In this document: positions 33,384-46,395 of the stretch, piece after piece | Layout of the letters: each line of letters starts with the position of its first letter | How positions within the stretch are numbered: the stretch's first letter is position 1 | Origin: Scenedesmus sp. PABB004 | Lineage: Eukaryota | NCBI GenBank assembly: GCA_014905635.1 | Contig: JABVCE010000016.1 | Span: 248,001-312,000 of the forward strand | Length of the DNA: 64,000 nt | Direction of reading: 5' to 3' | Notes under the pieces: model-generated | Told to the model about the DNA's origin: nothing | The model's database searches: none | The model's input: only the letters and a program-made list of their open reading frames with translations | Translations under genes and position numbers: made by a program

Positions 33384-34634
33384 CTGCTGCTGGTCCTGCT
33401 CCTCCTGCAGCGCCGTTGATGCCTCTGCTGCTGACACCTGCACCGCCGGCACCTCTGCCGTTGACACCACCTCCGCAGCAGACGCCTGCACTGCCGGCAC
33501 CTCTGCCGCCGACACCTGCACCGCCGGCACATCTGCCATCGGAGCCTGCACTGCTGGCACCTCGGCCGCCGGTGCCTTAACTGCCGGCGGAGCTGCCGCC
33601 GGCGCAGCCGCCGCCGACGCAGCCGCCGCCGGCACGTCTGCCGCGGGCGCAGCTGCCGCGGGCGCAGCTGCCGCGGGCGCAGCTGCCGCGGGCGCAGCTG
33701 CCGGCGTCGGCGCAGCTGCCGGCGCCGGCGCGGCAGCCGCCGCCGCTGCCGGCAGCGGCACTGCAGCCGGCGTCGCGGCGGGCGTCGCGGCGGGCGTCGC
33801 GGCCGGCTTTGCGGAAGCCTCGCCGTCGGCGGTGGTCGAGCGGCGGCGCGTGCGGGTCGCCGTCGGCAGCGGCGGCGTGTGCGAGCGCGTGGACCGCCTG
33901 CCGCCCGTGCCAGCGGCCTTGGCGCCGCCGCTCCTGCCCGCCGCCTCCGCGGCGGCCGCGACGGCGGCGTGTGGCTCGGGCGTCGCGCGGGCGTCGGCAG
34001 ACTGCCCGGTGCCAGAGCTGCTGCGGCGCCGGCTTGCCCGCGTGCCTGCCGCCGGCGTGTCGCCCGCTGCCGCCGCTGCCGCCGCCCGGGGCGGCACGGC
34101 CCCCGAGGCCGCCGCTGTGGCCGCCAGCGCTCCAGCCACGGCGGCGCCCGGCGTCACGCCGTCGCCAGAGCCCTTGGTGCCGGCCTTGCCGGCCGTCTCC
34201 CCGGCAGGCGCGCCGGCGCCGTCGTCGCTCGCGACCGTCGCCGCCTCGGCGCATGCGCCGCCGCCGCTGCCTCGCGCCCTGGGCTTGCGCCCCGGCGGCG
34301 CCGGCGCCGGCGGCGGCGTCGCGGTGCTGCCGCCGCCGCGGCGCCGCAGCCGCGTTGAGATGGGGGCTTCGCCGTCGCCCAGCTGCTGCTCGCCGTCGCC
34401 TGCCGCCGCGCGCGGCGGCGGCGTCGCGGGCGCAGCCTTGCCGCGCCGGCCTCCCTTGGCCCCGGCAGGCGCGGGCTTCGGCTCCGTCGCCTTGGCGCCG
34501 CGCTTGGGCCGCGCAGCAGCTGCAGCGGGCTGCGGCTGCGCGGCCGCCTCGGCCGCCGCGGGCTCGCTCGACGCGGCGCGGTGCCGCGCCACAGCCAGGG
34601 CCAGGGGCATGTCGTCAGAGTCCGAGCCGCTCAT
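30788..34634 (-). CDS. Large low-complexity (Ala/Pro, RS/RE-rich) protein with a C-terminal DCD-like domain, 4 exons
   Basis: Long first exon. The spliced C-terminus GRCFNV..DECVRK|LCF..TLLLWD..LRGVF..GGWPCQ|VRV resembles the DCD pattern G.IF.C..EC..LF..LFLFD..L.G.F..FPAQVR. Confidence 0.7.
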
Positions 34635-35397
34635 CCCGGCCGCCGGCGGCCCTACGGCGGCGGCGGTCGCCGCCGGCGCGCGCGTGGGCGCGCGCTGCTG
34701 CGGCTGCAGCGCCCCGCCACTGGCTGCGCCCGGCGGCCCGGGCGTGGCACTTCACGCCATGTCCAACGCGTCGTGGAAGCCAGATCGTGCTGCCAGGCCG
34801 CTGGCGCTGCAGCAGCAGCGCGGCGCCATGGAGGGGGGAGCAGCGGCGGCGGCGGCAGCGCCGTCGTGCCGGCCCGCTGATGCTGCTACACAGCCGATCG
34901 CGCACCTGCGGCCCTCACGGACAGAGCGCCACCTCCAGGGGACCGCCCGCGGCGGAGCGCGACGCCGCTGCGCCGCTGCTGCTGCGCCTGCGGCGAGCCC
35001 GTGCGGCCACGGCCGCCAGGCCGCCCACGGTCAGTCGCCTGCGGCCTTCTGCGCGTTCCCGCATCGCACCGGCAAAGCGGGCCGCGCCACGGCGTCGCTG
35101 CTCTCGGCGGTTCGCCGCCGGGCCCAGCGCGCCGGCACCGGCGACAGAGCCGGGCGCCGGGCCCTGGCGCCGCCGTTTCCGACCCACCGTCACACTTCCG
35201 AAACCACAGCGCGCGCGCCGCTGTCCCTCGCGTGGAGCTCTGCGCGCCGCCGCTGCTGAGCGGTCACGGCGGTGCCGCTGCCGCGCGGCGCCCAACCAGG
35301 CAGCGGTGCCCGCCCGCCACCGACGCCGTCCGCGGTCCCCACAGCCTTTCGTAGCCCCCGCGCAGCAGGTGGCGCCGCCGCCGGCGGCGGCGGCGGC

Positions 35398-38300
35398 ATG
35401 GGCGCCGCGGGCGCCGCGCCCGGCGGCGGCCGGCAGCACGGCGCGGTGCTGCTGCTGCTGCGCAACCCGCTCCTCCTGCGTGCCACGGCGTGCACCAGCG
35501 CCGCCGCGCTCAGCGCCGGCTGGGTCATCGGTGCGGCGGCGGCGTGGACACGCGGCCGGCGCAGCAGCGCGCGCCCGGGTCATGCCGCGCTCTCTCTCTC
35601 TCTCGCCGCGTCACCCCGCCGCGCGCGCCGCGCGGCAGGCATCTGGGGCGGCGTGACGTCCATGCCGGAGTTCCACGCGCGCTTCTTCGGCGCTTCGCCG
35701 GGCGCGGGCGGCGTTGCGGCGGGGGACGCGTACTGTTTGTACAAGGACCAGCTGCTGTCCCTCTCCGGCAGCTGCATCTACCTCGCCGCGCTGCCCGCGG
35801 TGCTGCTCGCCGCGCCCGCGACGCGCAAGCACGGCCGCCGGCCGACGATGTGGTGCGTGCGCGGGGGCGCGGCGCGGCGGCGCGCGGCCGTGGCCGTGGC
35901 TCGCACCCAGCGCGCGCCGCGGCCGCTGCGCAGGTGCGGCGCCGTGCTGATGCTCGCGTCGGCCGTGGTCGGCGTGACCGCCACGAGCCTGGGGGCACTC
36001 TTTGCGTGCCGCGTGCTCGGCGGCGCGGCGATGGGCCTCGCCTTCCAGGCGCGCGCGCCGCCGGCCTCGGCGCAGCCGGCGCGGGGCGCGCCACGCACGC
36101 CACCGGCGGGGGGCGCAGCCGCACCGCCGCCGCCACGCACCCGCCCGCCCGCCCGCCGGCCGCCCGCAGGCGCCCACGATGTACCTGGCGGAGCTCACGC
36201 CGCCGGAGGCGCGCGGCGCGGCGCTGTTCACCTTCAACGTGGCAATGATTTTCGGCGCGCTGCTGGTGCAGGTGCGTGCGGCGGCGGCGGGGGCGCGCCG
36301 CGGCGTCGCTCAGGCGCCGCCCGCGCGTTATCGCCGCGCCGCCGCACTTCGCAAGCAAAGCCGCGCCCGCCGCGCCCGCCGCGTCCGCCGCGCCCACCGC
36401 GCCCGCCGCGCCCGCCGCGCGCGCAGCTCGCCAACCAGTTCCTCGTGCACACGCCCTGGGGCTGGCGGCTGAGCATCGGCCTGAGCGGCCTGCCCAGCCT
36501 CGCCGCGGCGGCGCTGCTCGCCACGCTCCCCGAGTCGCCGCAGTCGCTGCTGCAGCGCGGCCGGCCAGACGCGGCGGTCCGGGCGCTCGAGGCGGTCCGG
36601 CGGCGCCCGGCGGCGGAGCTCGCGCCCGAGCTCGCGCAGCTGCGGGAGGCGGCCGACCGCAGCGCGGCGGCCGGCGGGTGCGCGCGCGCCCTCGCGCGCG
36701 CGCAGCGCTCGCCCCTCGGAGCGCGCGCCCCGGCCGCGCCTCAACCCCGCCCGGGCCGCGCGCGCGCGCCGCGACCCCGCCCGCCAGGACGTTTGAGCGC
36801 CTTGGCACGCTGCTGACGACGCGGACGTACCTGCCCGAGCTCTTTGCCAGCTGCCTCTATCCCAACGTCCTCATGGTGAGCCGCCGGGCCCCGTCCCGTC
36901 CCGTCCTGCCGCGCCGCGCGCCGGCGCGCCGGCGGTCCCCGCCGCGCTCGTCTCCCCGCCGCCGCACCCCGTTGATACTCCCTCCCTCCCCTCGCCCTGC
37001 CTCCCCAGTTCTCTGGAATGAACGTGCTCGGCCAGGTGCGGCCGCGGGGCCGCGGGGGCCGTGCTGACCACCGGGGGACTGCCGCACCCCGTGCAGCGCC
37101 CGCCGCGCGCCCCCGCGCCGCACGTGCGCGCCGACCCGCCGCCGCGCGCCCGCGCGCCCGCCCGGCTCCCCTGCCCAGTGGATGCCCAACCTCATGATCG
37201 TGATGGGCGCGACGCCGCGCTACGCGCTGACGTCGTCGTCGCTGCAGTGGTTTGTCGGCCTCGCCGCCATGCTGCCGGGTGCGTGCGACACGCCGCGCCC
37301 GCGGCGGGGCGCGGCGCCGCTGCGCCGCCGCGCTGCGCCGCTCCTCACCGCCCGCCGGCGCCGCCGCCCGCCCGCGGCGCGCGCAGCGGTGGTGCTGATC
37401 GACCGCCTCGGGCGCCGCACGCTGCTCGCGTGGGGCACGACGTGCATCATCGGCACCATGGCCGCCGTCGCGGCGCTGCTGGCGATATACCTGCCCCCCG
37501 GCACGCCCAGCGCGCCGCCCGCCGGCGGCGGCGGCGCGCCGCTGCTGCCGCGCTGGCTGCTCAATCTGATGACCGCGCTGCTCTGCCTGAACCGCGGCGC
37601 GCTGAGCGCGACGCTGCACCCCCTTGCAATGACCGGTGCGCGCGCGTCGTGCGCGCGCGGGCAAGCAGCGGGCGGGCCGGGCCCGGCCCGTGCCGCCCGA
37701 GGCCCCGCCGACCGCCCGCCCGCCCGCGCGCGCGCGCGCGCCGCGGCTGCGCGCAGTGCCGGCGGAGGTGCAGCCGCTCGAGGTGCGCAGCGACGCGAGC
37801 AGCATCACCACCATGGTCCGCAACGGGTCGTCGTTTATCATCGTCCAGTGGGCGCTGCCGCTGCTGGTGCGGCGAGGCGCGCCGCGCCGGGCCCCGCCCA
37901 GCCGCCGCCGCGCGTCCGGGCCCGGCCGCGCGCCCGGTCAGCAAGCGCGTTTAGAAGACGCCGCCGCTCGCCGCCGCTCGCCGCCGCTCGCCGCCGCCGG
38001 GGCCGCCGCCGGCCCGCGCAGTGCGCCATCAAGTACGGCCTCTTCCTGGTCTTCTGCGGCTGCACGCTCACCGGCGGCCTGCTCATATGGGCCCTGGGTG
38101 CGCGCGCGGCCGCGCGGGCCTGCGCGCGCGCGCGCCACGCGGCCGCGCCGCGCCGCCGACCGGCGCGCCGCCGAACGCCGTCGCCGCGCTGCCGCGCCGC
38201 TGCCGTGAGCCGCGCAGTGCCCGAGACGAAGCAGGTGGAGATTGAGGCGATGCGGCTCGAGTGGGCGCGCCACTGGTTCTGGTCGCGCTTTGCGTTTGTG

Positions 38301-38426
38301 CGCGCGCGCGGCGACGCCCCGGCGGCGGCGGCGGCGGCGTCGGGGCCGGCGGCGCCCTTGAAGGGCGCCTTGAAGGGCGCCGACTCGCTGGGGTCGCAAT
38401 TGGGCAGCGTCGTCGTGCCGCCGTGA
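35398..38426 (+). CDS. MFS sugar porter (STP/HUP hexose transporter-like), about 12 exons
   Basis: GIWGGVTSMPEF, YCLYKDQLL, HGRRPTM, YLAELTPPEARG, WGWRLS, LPESP, IDRLGRR and PETK. Confidence 0.9.
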
Positions 38427-38999
38427 GGGGCGGCGGCGCTCGTTTGCGCGCGGTGAGAAACTGCGCTGCGCGCACGCCGCCTCAAAGGTGCCTGCCCGAC
38501 GCACCGCGCGCCAGCGGAGGCCAGCTGCCGTCACACTCGCCCGCGCGCGTCGCACGCCGCCGTGAGGGGCGCCCGTCAAAGTCCCCGTCACGCGCGGCAA
38601 TAAACTGCGCTGCGCGCTCTTCCCGCTGCACAGTTGCCTCCTCACGAACACACCGTCGCGCGCTCCGCCAGCCCAAGCGCTGCCCTCAGACCCGCGTCGG
38701 CTCACGCCGCTGCCCTCGCCGCCGCGCCGCCGCCGGGCTCGCGGGCCTTGCGCCTGCGCGCCGAGACTCCGCCGTCCCAGTGTCCGTCGTTCGCCCGGCC
38801 GACGCGCGTCCCGGAGCCGCAGAACACGACGAGCAGCAGCGCGGTGCTCCAAGCGCCCACAGCAGACACGGCCCGCCCCAGTTCTACGCGCACGAGATAG
38901 CTGACAGCCCTGCTCGACTGCGGGAGCGCTCTCGGGCGGGCCATCAAATTCGCAGCGGCGGCGCCGCCAGCTCGCGAGATGGCGCCGCCAGCTCGCGAG

Positions 39000-41626
39000 A
39001 TGGCGGCGCCCAGGACGAGCGGCCTCGCCACCGATGAATGGCTGCTGCTGGTGCTCATGCCTTTCGCCTACGGCGCCGCGACACGGTGAGCGGCAGGCGG
39101 CAGGCGGCAGCGGGCGGCGGCGGGCAGCGGCGGGCGGCGTGGCAGCAGTGGCGGCAGCCGGTGAGAGCGCCGACCGCGCGCGGCGCAGGGTGCCCTTTGT
39201 CTTTGCGGCCCTCTACCTGCTCAACGACCTGGGCTGCAGCATGGCCCAGGTCTGCATCGGGCTCGGCGCGTACCAGGTGGGGCGGGCGCCCGCGCGCGCT
39301 GGCTCGTGCGCAGCGCGCGCCCCGCCCCACCCGCCCACGCGCCGCGCCCGGGCCGCCGCCGGCCCGGCTCGCCCTCAACCCTGCGCCGCGCGCCGCGCCG
39401 CGGCGGGGACGCGCAGGTGTCGCGCGTGGCGGGCAACTACTCGGTCGTCCTGCTGGGCCCGCGCGCGTCGCTGCGCGCGGGCGCCGCGGCCGGCGCCGCC
39501 GGCTACGCGCTGCTCGCGGGCTCGGCGGCGTTTGCGCTGTGCCCGCGCGCGCGCCTCGCCCTCTTTGTCGCCTGCCTCGCGCTCGTGGGGCTGTCGGAGC
39601 AGATCGCGGCGCTGCAGCACTTTGTCAAGCGCCGCTACGGCGCCAGCAGCGCGGCGCTGCGCGGCCGCCTGCTGCGGCAGTACGCGTCCAACGTGACCGG
39701 CACGTGCGTCTCGTTCCTGCTGAGCGGGCTCACCTTCCACGCCGGCGGCGTCGCCGCCGCCGCGGCCCTGGGCGGCGTGTTTGAGGCGGCGCTGCTCGCC
39801 GGCGCGCTGGTCTTCCTGCAAGCCCCCGCGCCGGACGCGCCGCCGGCGCCGGACGCGCAGGACGCGCAGGACGCGCCGCCGGGCGTCGCCGCAGACGACG
39901 CGTCGCCGTTTGCCGCGTCGCCGTTTGCCGCGGTTGACGGCGAGGATGGCGGCGGCTACGACTACGTCGGAGCCATCGATCACCTGCCCGTGGCGCTGCC
40001 GAGCGCCGCCCCGATCGCCGCCGACCTCGCGGCGACGCTGGGCGCGCCCTCGGCCGCGCGCCTCCAGGCGGCACTGCAGGACGTGCACCTCGTGCGCGGC
40101 TTCCGCGCGCTCGCGCGCGACTCCAGCATCGACAACGCCTCCTCTGGCCGGCTCTCCGGCGGGCTCTCGGGCTGGCTCACGAGCCCCTCCCTGCTCTCGA
40201 GCCCCCTCTCGAGCTGGCCGTCCAGCCGGCTCTCAGGCCGGCTCTCGAGCCGGCTCTCGGAGCGGAAGAGCCTCGGCGGCGCGCGCTCGCCCGACGCGCC
40301 GGCGCTGGCGCCGCACCCCGAGGACGAGGCCGAGGAGGAGGCCGGCGGCGACGCGCCGTCGTGGATCAGCTGCGTGATCGCGCTGACCTTTTGCATCCAG
40401 GCCCTCCTCATCGGCACCATCCTCTCCAGCGCGCCGGTGCTGCTCTCCCGACAGCTCGGGCTCGGCGTGCTGCACGTGGGCTTCGCGTTTGCGGGTGAGC
40501 AGCCCCGCGCCGCCGCCGCCGCCGCCGCGCGGGGCCGCGCGGCGCGCTGCGCGCCGCGCCGCGCAGCGTGCGCAGCGTGCTTGCGCCCGTCCGAGCGGCC
40601 GCGCGCCCGCGCCGCGCGCAGTTGGGGAGGGCCTCGGCTCCGCCGCGCTGCTCTACGGCGCGACGCCGCGCGGGCAGGCCGCGGTGCGCGCGGTGCTGCC
40701 GCAGCCGCTCGCGCTGCTCGCCATCCTCACCACGCTCGGCGCGACCGCGGTCGCGCTCCCGCTCGCGGGCGGGCCGCGCGTGGCCATGGCGGCGCTGATC
40801 GCCATAATGGCGCTCAACGACGTCGGCACCAGCATGTGCGCCGAGGCGCAGGGCGCGACGCTGCCGGCGAGGTGCGCGCCGCGCCGCGCCGCGCGCCGCG
40901 CCGCGCGCGCAGTTGCTGCGCCCCGCGCGCGGCACCCGCGCCCCCTTGAGCCCGTCGAGCCCCGTCGAGCCCACGCCCGCCGCGCCCCGCGCCGCGCCGC
41001 AGGCACTACCAGCGAATGAACGTCGCGGGCAACATGCTGCGGCGCATCGGCAACACGCTCACTTGCAGGTCCGCCGCGGCGCCCCCCGCGCGCCCTGCGC
41101 CTCGTGTGCCCCCGCGCCGCGTGCCGCGCCAGCCCGCACCGACGCGTGCCCCGCCTGCCACCGCCCGCCCGCCGTGCCGCCGCGCGTGCGCAGCTCCGCG
41201 CCGCTGCTGTTCCAGGTCGCGCCGAGCCTTCCCTTTGTGCTCTTCGGCCTCATCACGCTCGCCTGGGTCGCCATGCTCGCTTCGCTCTTTGCCGGGCGCG
41301 CGCGTGAGCTCGCCGCGCTCGAGGCGGCCGAGGAGCCGGGGCGCCGCACGTCCGGCGCGCTGCGCAGCGCGAGCGCGTCGGCGGGCCGCGCCCCGAGCGC
41401 GCTGCTGCGGCGCCGCGGCGGCGCGCCGAGCCCGGGCCCGGCCGTCGCCGGCGGCGGCGCGCCGGGCAGCGCGCCCCAGCTCTCCCGCATGAGCCCGAGC
41501 AGCTACCTAGGCGGCCTGAGCGACCTCATGCGCTACGCCCGCGGCGCGTCGTTCATAACCAAGGAGCAGCGCTTCTGGGCGCGCCGCGACGGCGCGGCGC
41601 GCCGCGGCGACGACAAGGCGGAGTGA
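39000..41626 (+). CDS. Multi-pass membrane protein, probably an MFS transporter with a large central loop
   Basis: Two hydrophobic multi-helix halves separated by an acidic/Ser-rich loop. Exons splice in frame. Confidence 0.7.
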
Positions 41627-42406
41627 GGGAGCGTGCGTGCGCCCGCGGCTCGGGGGCGTGGAGAATATGATGATAACACGCCCGCGCGCGGGGGCACTCC
41701 CCGCAGCGCGGGTGCGGACCATGCCTCACCATGCTCTGTGCTGTGCTTCCCTGCTTGCCTCCTCCTCCTCCTCGCCACGCCGCCACCTCACCTCACACCA
41801 CCTCACACCGGCCCTGACAGCCCCCCGGCACGCACTGCCACCTCAACGACGGCACCCAAACTTGCTGTGACGATGTGCTGAGACCGCTCGGGGCGGTACC
41901 GCCCGCGGCTCTGGGGGACCGGTTGCCCTGGCCAGATGAAACGAATTTGACCTGAATCAATGGCACTCACTGCGGCGCGGTCTTGACTCGGTCAACTGTT
42001 TTTTGGGCCGGCGCGAGCGGCGGGGCGCCGTCGGCGGTCTAGGTTGTGTGGCGGCGGCTCGTCGCGGACCTCTCTCGTGGCGTGTTACCCGTCGCGCGCG
42101 TGCACACTGCGCAGCGTGCTGGTGCACCACGTGCAGGGCCGTCTGCGGGAGAGGCAACGCCGGTCACTCACTCGATCCCCGCCCGACCACGCGCACGCCC
42201 CGCGCCCCGCCCGCCGCCAGCAAGCAAGCAATACTCCCCGCTGCGCCCAGCCTCCTGCCTGCCGCGCTCGACTCGCAAAACGGGGGCCCGCCGCCGCAAC
42301 GGGGGCCCGAGAGACAGAGAGAGAGAGAGCGGCGGCCACGCGCGGCCACGCGCGGCCGCGCCGGCGCGCCGCCGCCGGCGCCGGCAGCCGGCGCGCGGCC
42401 GGCCGC

Positions 42407-43485
42407 TCAGAAGCGCAGCGTGTTTGCGCCCGCCGACTTGCTGCGCTCGTCGATCGACATGCCGCCCGCGCCGCCGGGTCCGCCGCGCCGCGCAAACGCG
42501 GGGTGCTCCATGATCGCCTGGAAGAGCTGCGTCCCGCGCAGCGCGTTGGTGAGCGGCATGTGGCCCTTGGGCGCGTCGTACGCGTAGGCAAACTCGGCGG
42601 GCCACTTGCGGTACACGTTGTTCTCGCCCTGCGTCCAGTCGATGGCCTTGAAGAACTTTGGCCACCGCCGCCCCGCCTGCACCCACATCTCGCGCTGCAC
42701 GCTGTAGCCAAACCGCCCGCCGCTGCCGGCGCGCCAGAGCGCGTCGACGGTGGTCAGGTCGGCGGAGGGAATGCCGGGGACCTCGGTGAAGTAGACCCAG
42801 CCGCGCTGCACCGCGCCCGGGCCGGCCATCTTTATGAGCAGCGCGCGCGTCTCGTCGTCCGCCTTGCGCACGTCGCCCGCCGCCAGGTAGTCGCGCAGCG
42901 GCGCGTAGTCGAGGCCGAGCTGCGCGCGCGGGCGCGCGGGGCGCAGCGGGGCAGAGGGCGGGCGGCGCGGGTCGGCGCGGGTCGGCGCGCGCGCGCGCGG
43001 CGGCGCGGCGGCGCGGCGGCGCGGTGGCGCAGCGGGCGGCACGGCGCCGGCGCGTGCGGCCGGGCCACTGCGGCCGCCAGCCGGCGCGCGCCCCCCGCGC
43101 GGCGCCGCGGGGCACGCGCGCGCGCGGCAGCAGCGGCGGCGCCCGCGCGCCCCGCTCCCGCCGCCGCGCTGCTGCGCCCAATTGGCGCCTGCGCGCGGCC
43201 AGGGCGCCGGCGCACCTCGCTGTTGAGGGGGACGTCCTCCAGCTTGGTCGCGGCGCCGCCCTTGGCGGGCGCGGGGCTGCTGCTGCTGCTCGCGGGCTTG
43301 GCGCCTACGCTGCTGCTGTCAGCGAAGAGCGGCACGTCCTCCAGCTTGCTCGCGGTCGCGACTGGACGCTGCCGGGCCAGCCCGCTAACCCGGCGCGCCC
43401 GCAGCGCGGCGGGGGCGGGCGGGCGTGCCGCGCATGCCCCCGCCGGCCGGCGGCAGGCCTGGCGCCCCTGCTGCAGCGCCTGCAT
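42407..43485 (-). CDS. GUN4: GUN4 tetrapyrrole-binding Mg-chelatase activator, 2 exons
   Basis: DYAPLRDYL, ADDETR, RGWVYFTEV, LW...SGGRFGYSVQ and PKGHMPLTNALRG. Confidence 0.96.
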
Positions 43486-43910
43486 TGTGCGTTTCGGTCG
43501 AGTGAGGCTCCTGGGACTGCGCTGGCGGCGCCTGGGCGGCGGCAAAGGCCGATCTTGGCCGGGGCGGTCGATCACGGCAGCCGGCGTGCGCGGGCGGGCG
43601 CGGCGCGTGTCGAACGCGGCGAAGCAATGACGACGAACAGCGGCCGGCCGCGATCTGGCGAGCATCGCCGGCGCCTCAACTCGGGCTCTCGGCGCTGTGC
43701 CCGCGCGCCCCGGGCCGCGCACGCCCTCCCGCTCAGATCCGGGCGCCCGCCCGCCAGTCGCCGCGCCCTCGGCCGCCGCCCGCCACCTGCCGCCGCCGCC
43801 GCCCGCCGCTGCCCGCCGCGCCGCGCGCCCGCTCCTGCTGCCCGCCGCCGCTGCCTGCCCGCTGCCGCCCGGCCGCCGCCGGCGCGGCGCCCGCCGGCGA
43901 CCTCCGCGCC

Positions 43911-46170
43911 ATGTTTGCGCTGGCGATGACGACGCTCGCGCCGGAGCTGGAGGCGCGCGGCGCGCCGCTGCGCGACGCGCTCGCCCGCATCGAGCGCGAC
44001 GGCGTGCTCCACCAGGGCTGCGGCCCAGGTGCATGCGCGGCTGCGCCGCGGCAGCCGCGCGCACGGCCAGCCGCGCGCACGGCCCGCCGCGCCGCGGTCG
44101 TGCACACTCGCGCGCGTGTGTGCCGCCCGCGCAGGCGTCGCGCGGGGCATCGCGTCCGCGCCGAGCGGCGCGCCGGCGCTGGCGGCGGAGCGCAACACCA
44201 CGCCGGGCTATGAGTCGCTGGGCGTGATCGCGAGCCTCGCGCGCCCAGCGCCCGGCGGCGCCGCGGCGGGCCTGGTGGCGCTGCTGGCGGAGGCGGCGGA
44301 GCGCCCGGGCCCGCCGCTGCTCCTGGGCCAGGCGGCGCTGGCGGCGCACCTGCGCGACGGCGCGGCGCTCGCGCCCCAGGGCGTCTACATCGCCGCTGGC
44401 ACGCGCAGCAAGGGCCTGCTGCTGGAGGCGCACTCGCCCCACGTCGGGCGCGACTGGCAGCTGCCGCTGCGCAGGTGGCCCCGCCCGTGCCGCGCCGCGC
44501 TGCACGCAGCGCCGCGCCGCACTCAGCGCCGCGCTGCGCGCAGCGCCGCAGCGGCCTGCCGCTCGCGCCTTACGCGCAGCCCGCGCACGCGCTGTGCCCG
44601 CCTCGCACAGCGTCAGCAAGCTGCTGGTGTGCGTTACGGTGCTGGCGCTGCAGGACCGGGGCCTGCTGGACATCGAGCAGCCGCTGTCCGCCCACCTGCC
44701 AGAGTGGGCAGGCGACGCCGAGCGGCGGCGCATCACGCTCAAGCACGTGATGACGCACACAGCAGGCGCGGCGCCTCGCCCGACACACACAGACGAGCGC
44801 AAGGCGCCTGCAGCGCCAGGCGGGCCGCCGCGGCGGGCCCTGCCGCCTGCCCGCGATGGGGCGCGCCGCGCCACGCGCGCCGCAGGTCTGCTGGACTCTA
44901 TGGATCACGCCGCGATGCGTGACCACACCATCAGCCTGGCCCAGGCCAGCAAGCTGCTTGCGGCGATGCCGCTGGAGTGCGCGGTGGGCGTGTTCAACTA
45001 CAGGTCAACCGCCGGCGGCAGCCGGGCGGCAGCGGCGCAGCGGCCGCAGGCGGGGGCGGCGCGGCGCGGCGCGCTGACGCGCGCCCTGGCGCCGCCGCGC
45101 GCCGCCGCTGCCGCGCAGCAACTCGGCGTACCAGCTGCTTGGTGCGGTGGCCGAGGCGGTGACCGGGCAGCCGTGGGACCAGGTGTTCCGCGAGCTCGTC
45201 GGCGCGCCGCTGGGGCTGCAGCACACGCGCTGGGTCAACGTCTTTGGCGGCGAGGTGCGCGGCGCCCGGCGAGCGCCGCGCCAGCCCCCTCGACGCGGGC
45301 GGCGACCCCGCGCGGCGCAGCCGGCTGCGGGCGGCCGCCGAGCGGGCGACCGCGCCGCCGCCGCCGCAGGAGGGCGCGCCCAACCCCTGCCTCGCCAACG
45401 GGTGCATCACCACGCCGGCGGACATGCAGCGAATCATGGCCCTCCTGCTCCACCGCGGCGCCGTGCCGCCGCCGCCCGGCGGCGGCGGCGGCGCGCCCTG
45501 CGGCGGCCGCGTGCTGAGCGACGCGGCGTTCGCGCTGCTGGTCAGCCCGCACGTCCGCGCGCCGCCGGACACGACCGACCACGGGTGGCTCACCATCTGC
45601 TTTCCCCCCGACGGCAGCGTGCACCCAAAGGTGCGGCGGCGAGAGGGGACGCGCGCGCCCCGCCACGGCGCCACCCCGCTCGTCAGCCGGGCCGGCCGAG
45701 CACCCCCGGTCGCGCTGCCCACGCCTGCTGCGCCGCCTCCGCGTAGGTGCAGGCGCTGGTGGACGCGGGCCTCGTGCCAGCGTCCGTCGGCGAGTTTGGC
45801 GGCCGGCTGCTGCAGGACACGCAGTACAGCCTCGGCGCCTGGGTCCTGCGGCAGCGCAGCACCGGCCGGCGGCAGCTCGCGGCGTTTGGCAGCGGCGGCA
45901 GCCACGCCTGCATCCACGACGCCGACGGCGGTGCGCCGCGGCGGCGGCGGCGCGCCGCGACGGCGGCGCGCCGCGCGCGCGAGGGTGCGTGCGCGCGCTG
46001 CGCACCCGACCGATCGCCCCGCCGCCGCGGCCACCGCCGCAGCCGACCCGCTCTGGTTCCTGTTCCTGACCAACAGCTCCCTGTGCGGCTCCGTGGCCCC
46101 GGGCGCGCTGATGCTGCTGGACAGCCTGGAGCACGCGCTCGGCTGGCCGCGTGAGCCAGCGGACGCGTGA
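43911..46170 (+). CDS. Beta-lactamase/penicillin-binding-family serine hydrolase (class C-like), about 8 exons
   Basis: SVSK (SxxK, formed across an intron), ITLKHVMTHTAG, FNYSNSAYQLLG (YxN) and PLGLQHT. Confidence 0.88.
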
Positions 46171-46395
46171 GCCGGCGAGTTGTAACCCGCCCCACGCAGC
46201 CGGGGATGCCACGGGACCCGCGTGGGCGAGCCGGGGGCAACCGGGCGCTGCCGGGCGCCGCGGGGCTGCCAGCTAGCGCAGCCCCGGTAGCGCCGCCGAG
46301 GCGCGGCGCGCGTTTCAGTGTCTGCCGAAGCCTCCTGTTCCCGGGCTGCCCTGCCGCCGCGCCAGTCGCGAGATCACGCGGTCCCCATGCTCGAT

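Noticed and set aside
38962..39005. Tandem 21-bp duplication containing ATG at the MFS start
   Set aside because: It only adds an in-frame alternative start 7 codons upstream and is likely trivial slippage.
41660..42010. ATGATGA (box C-like), a GGGCGGTACCGCCC palindrome and a T-run in the convergent 3' region
   Set aside because: No properly spaced box D with a terminal stem, no rRNA antisense element and no snRNA similarity. It is consistent with ordinary 3' UTR.
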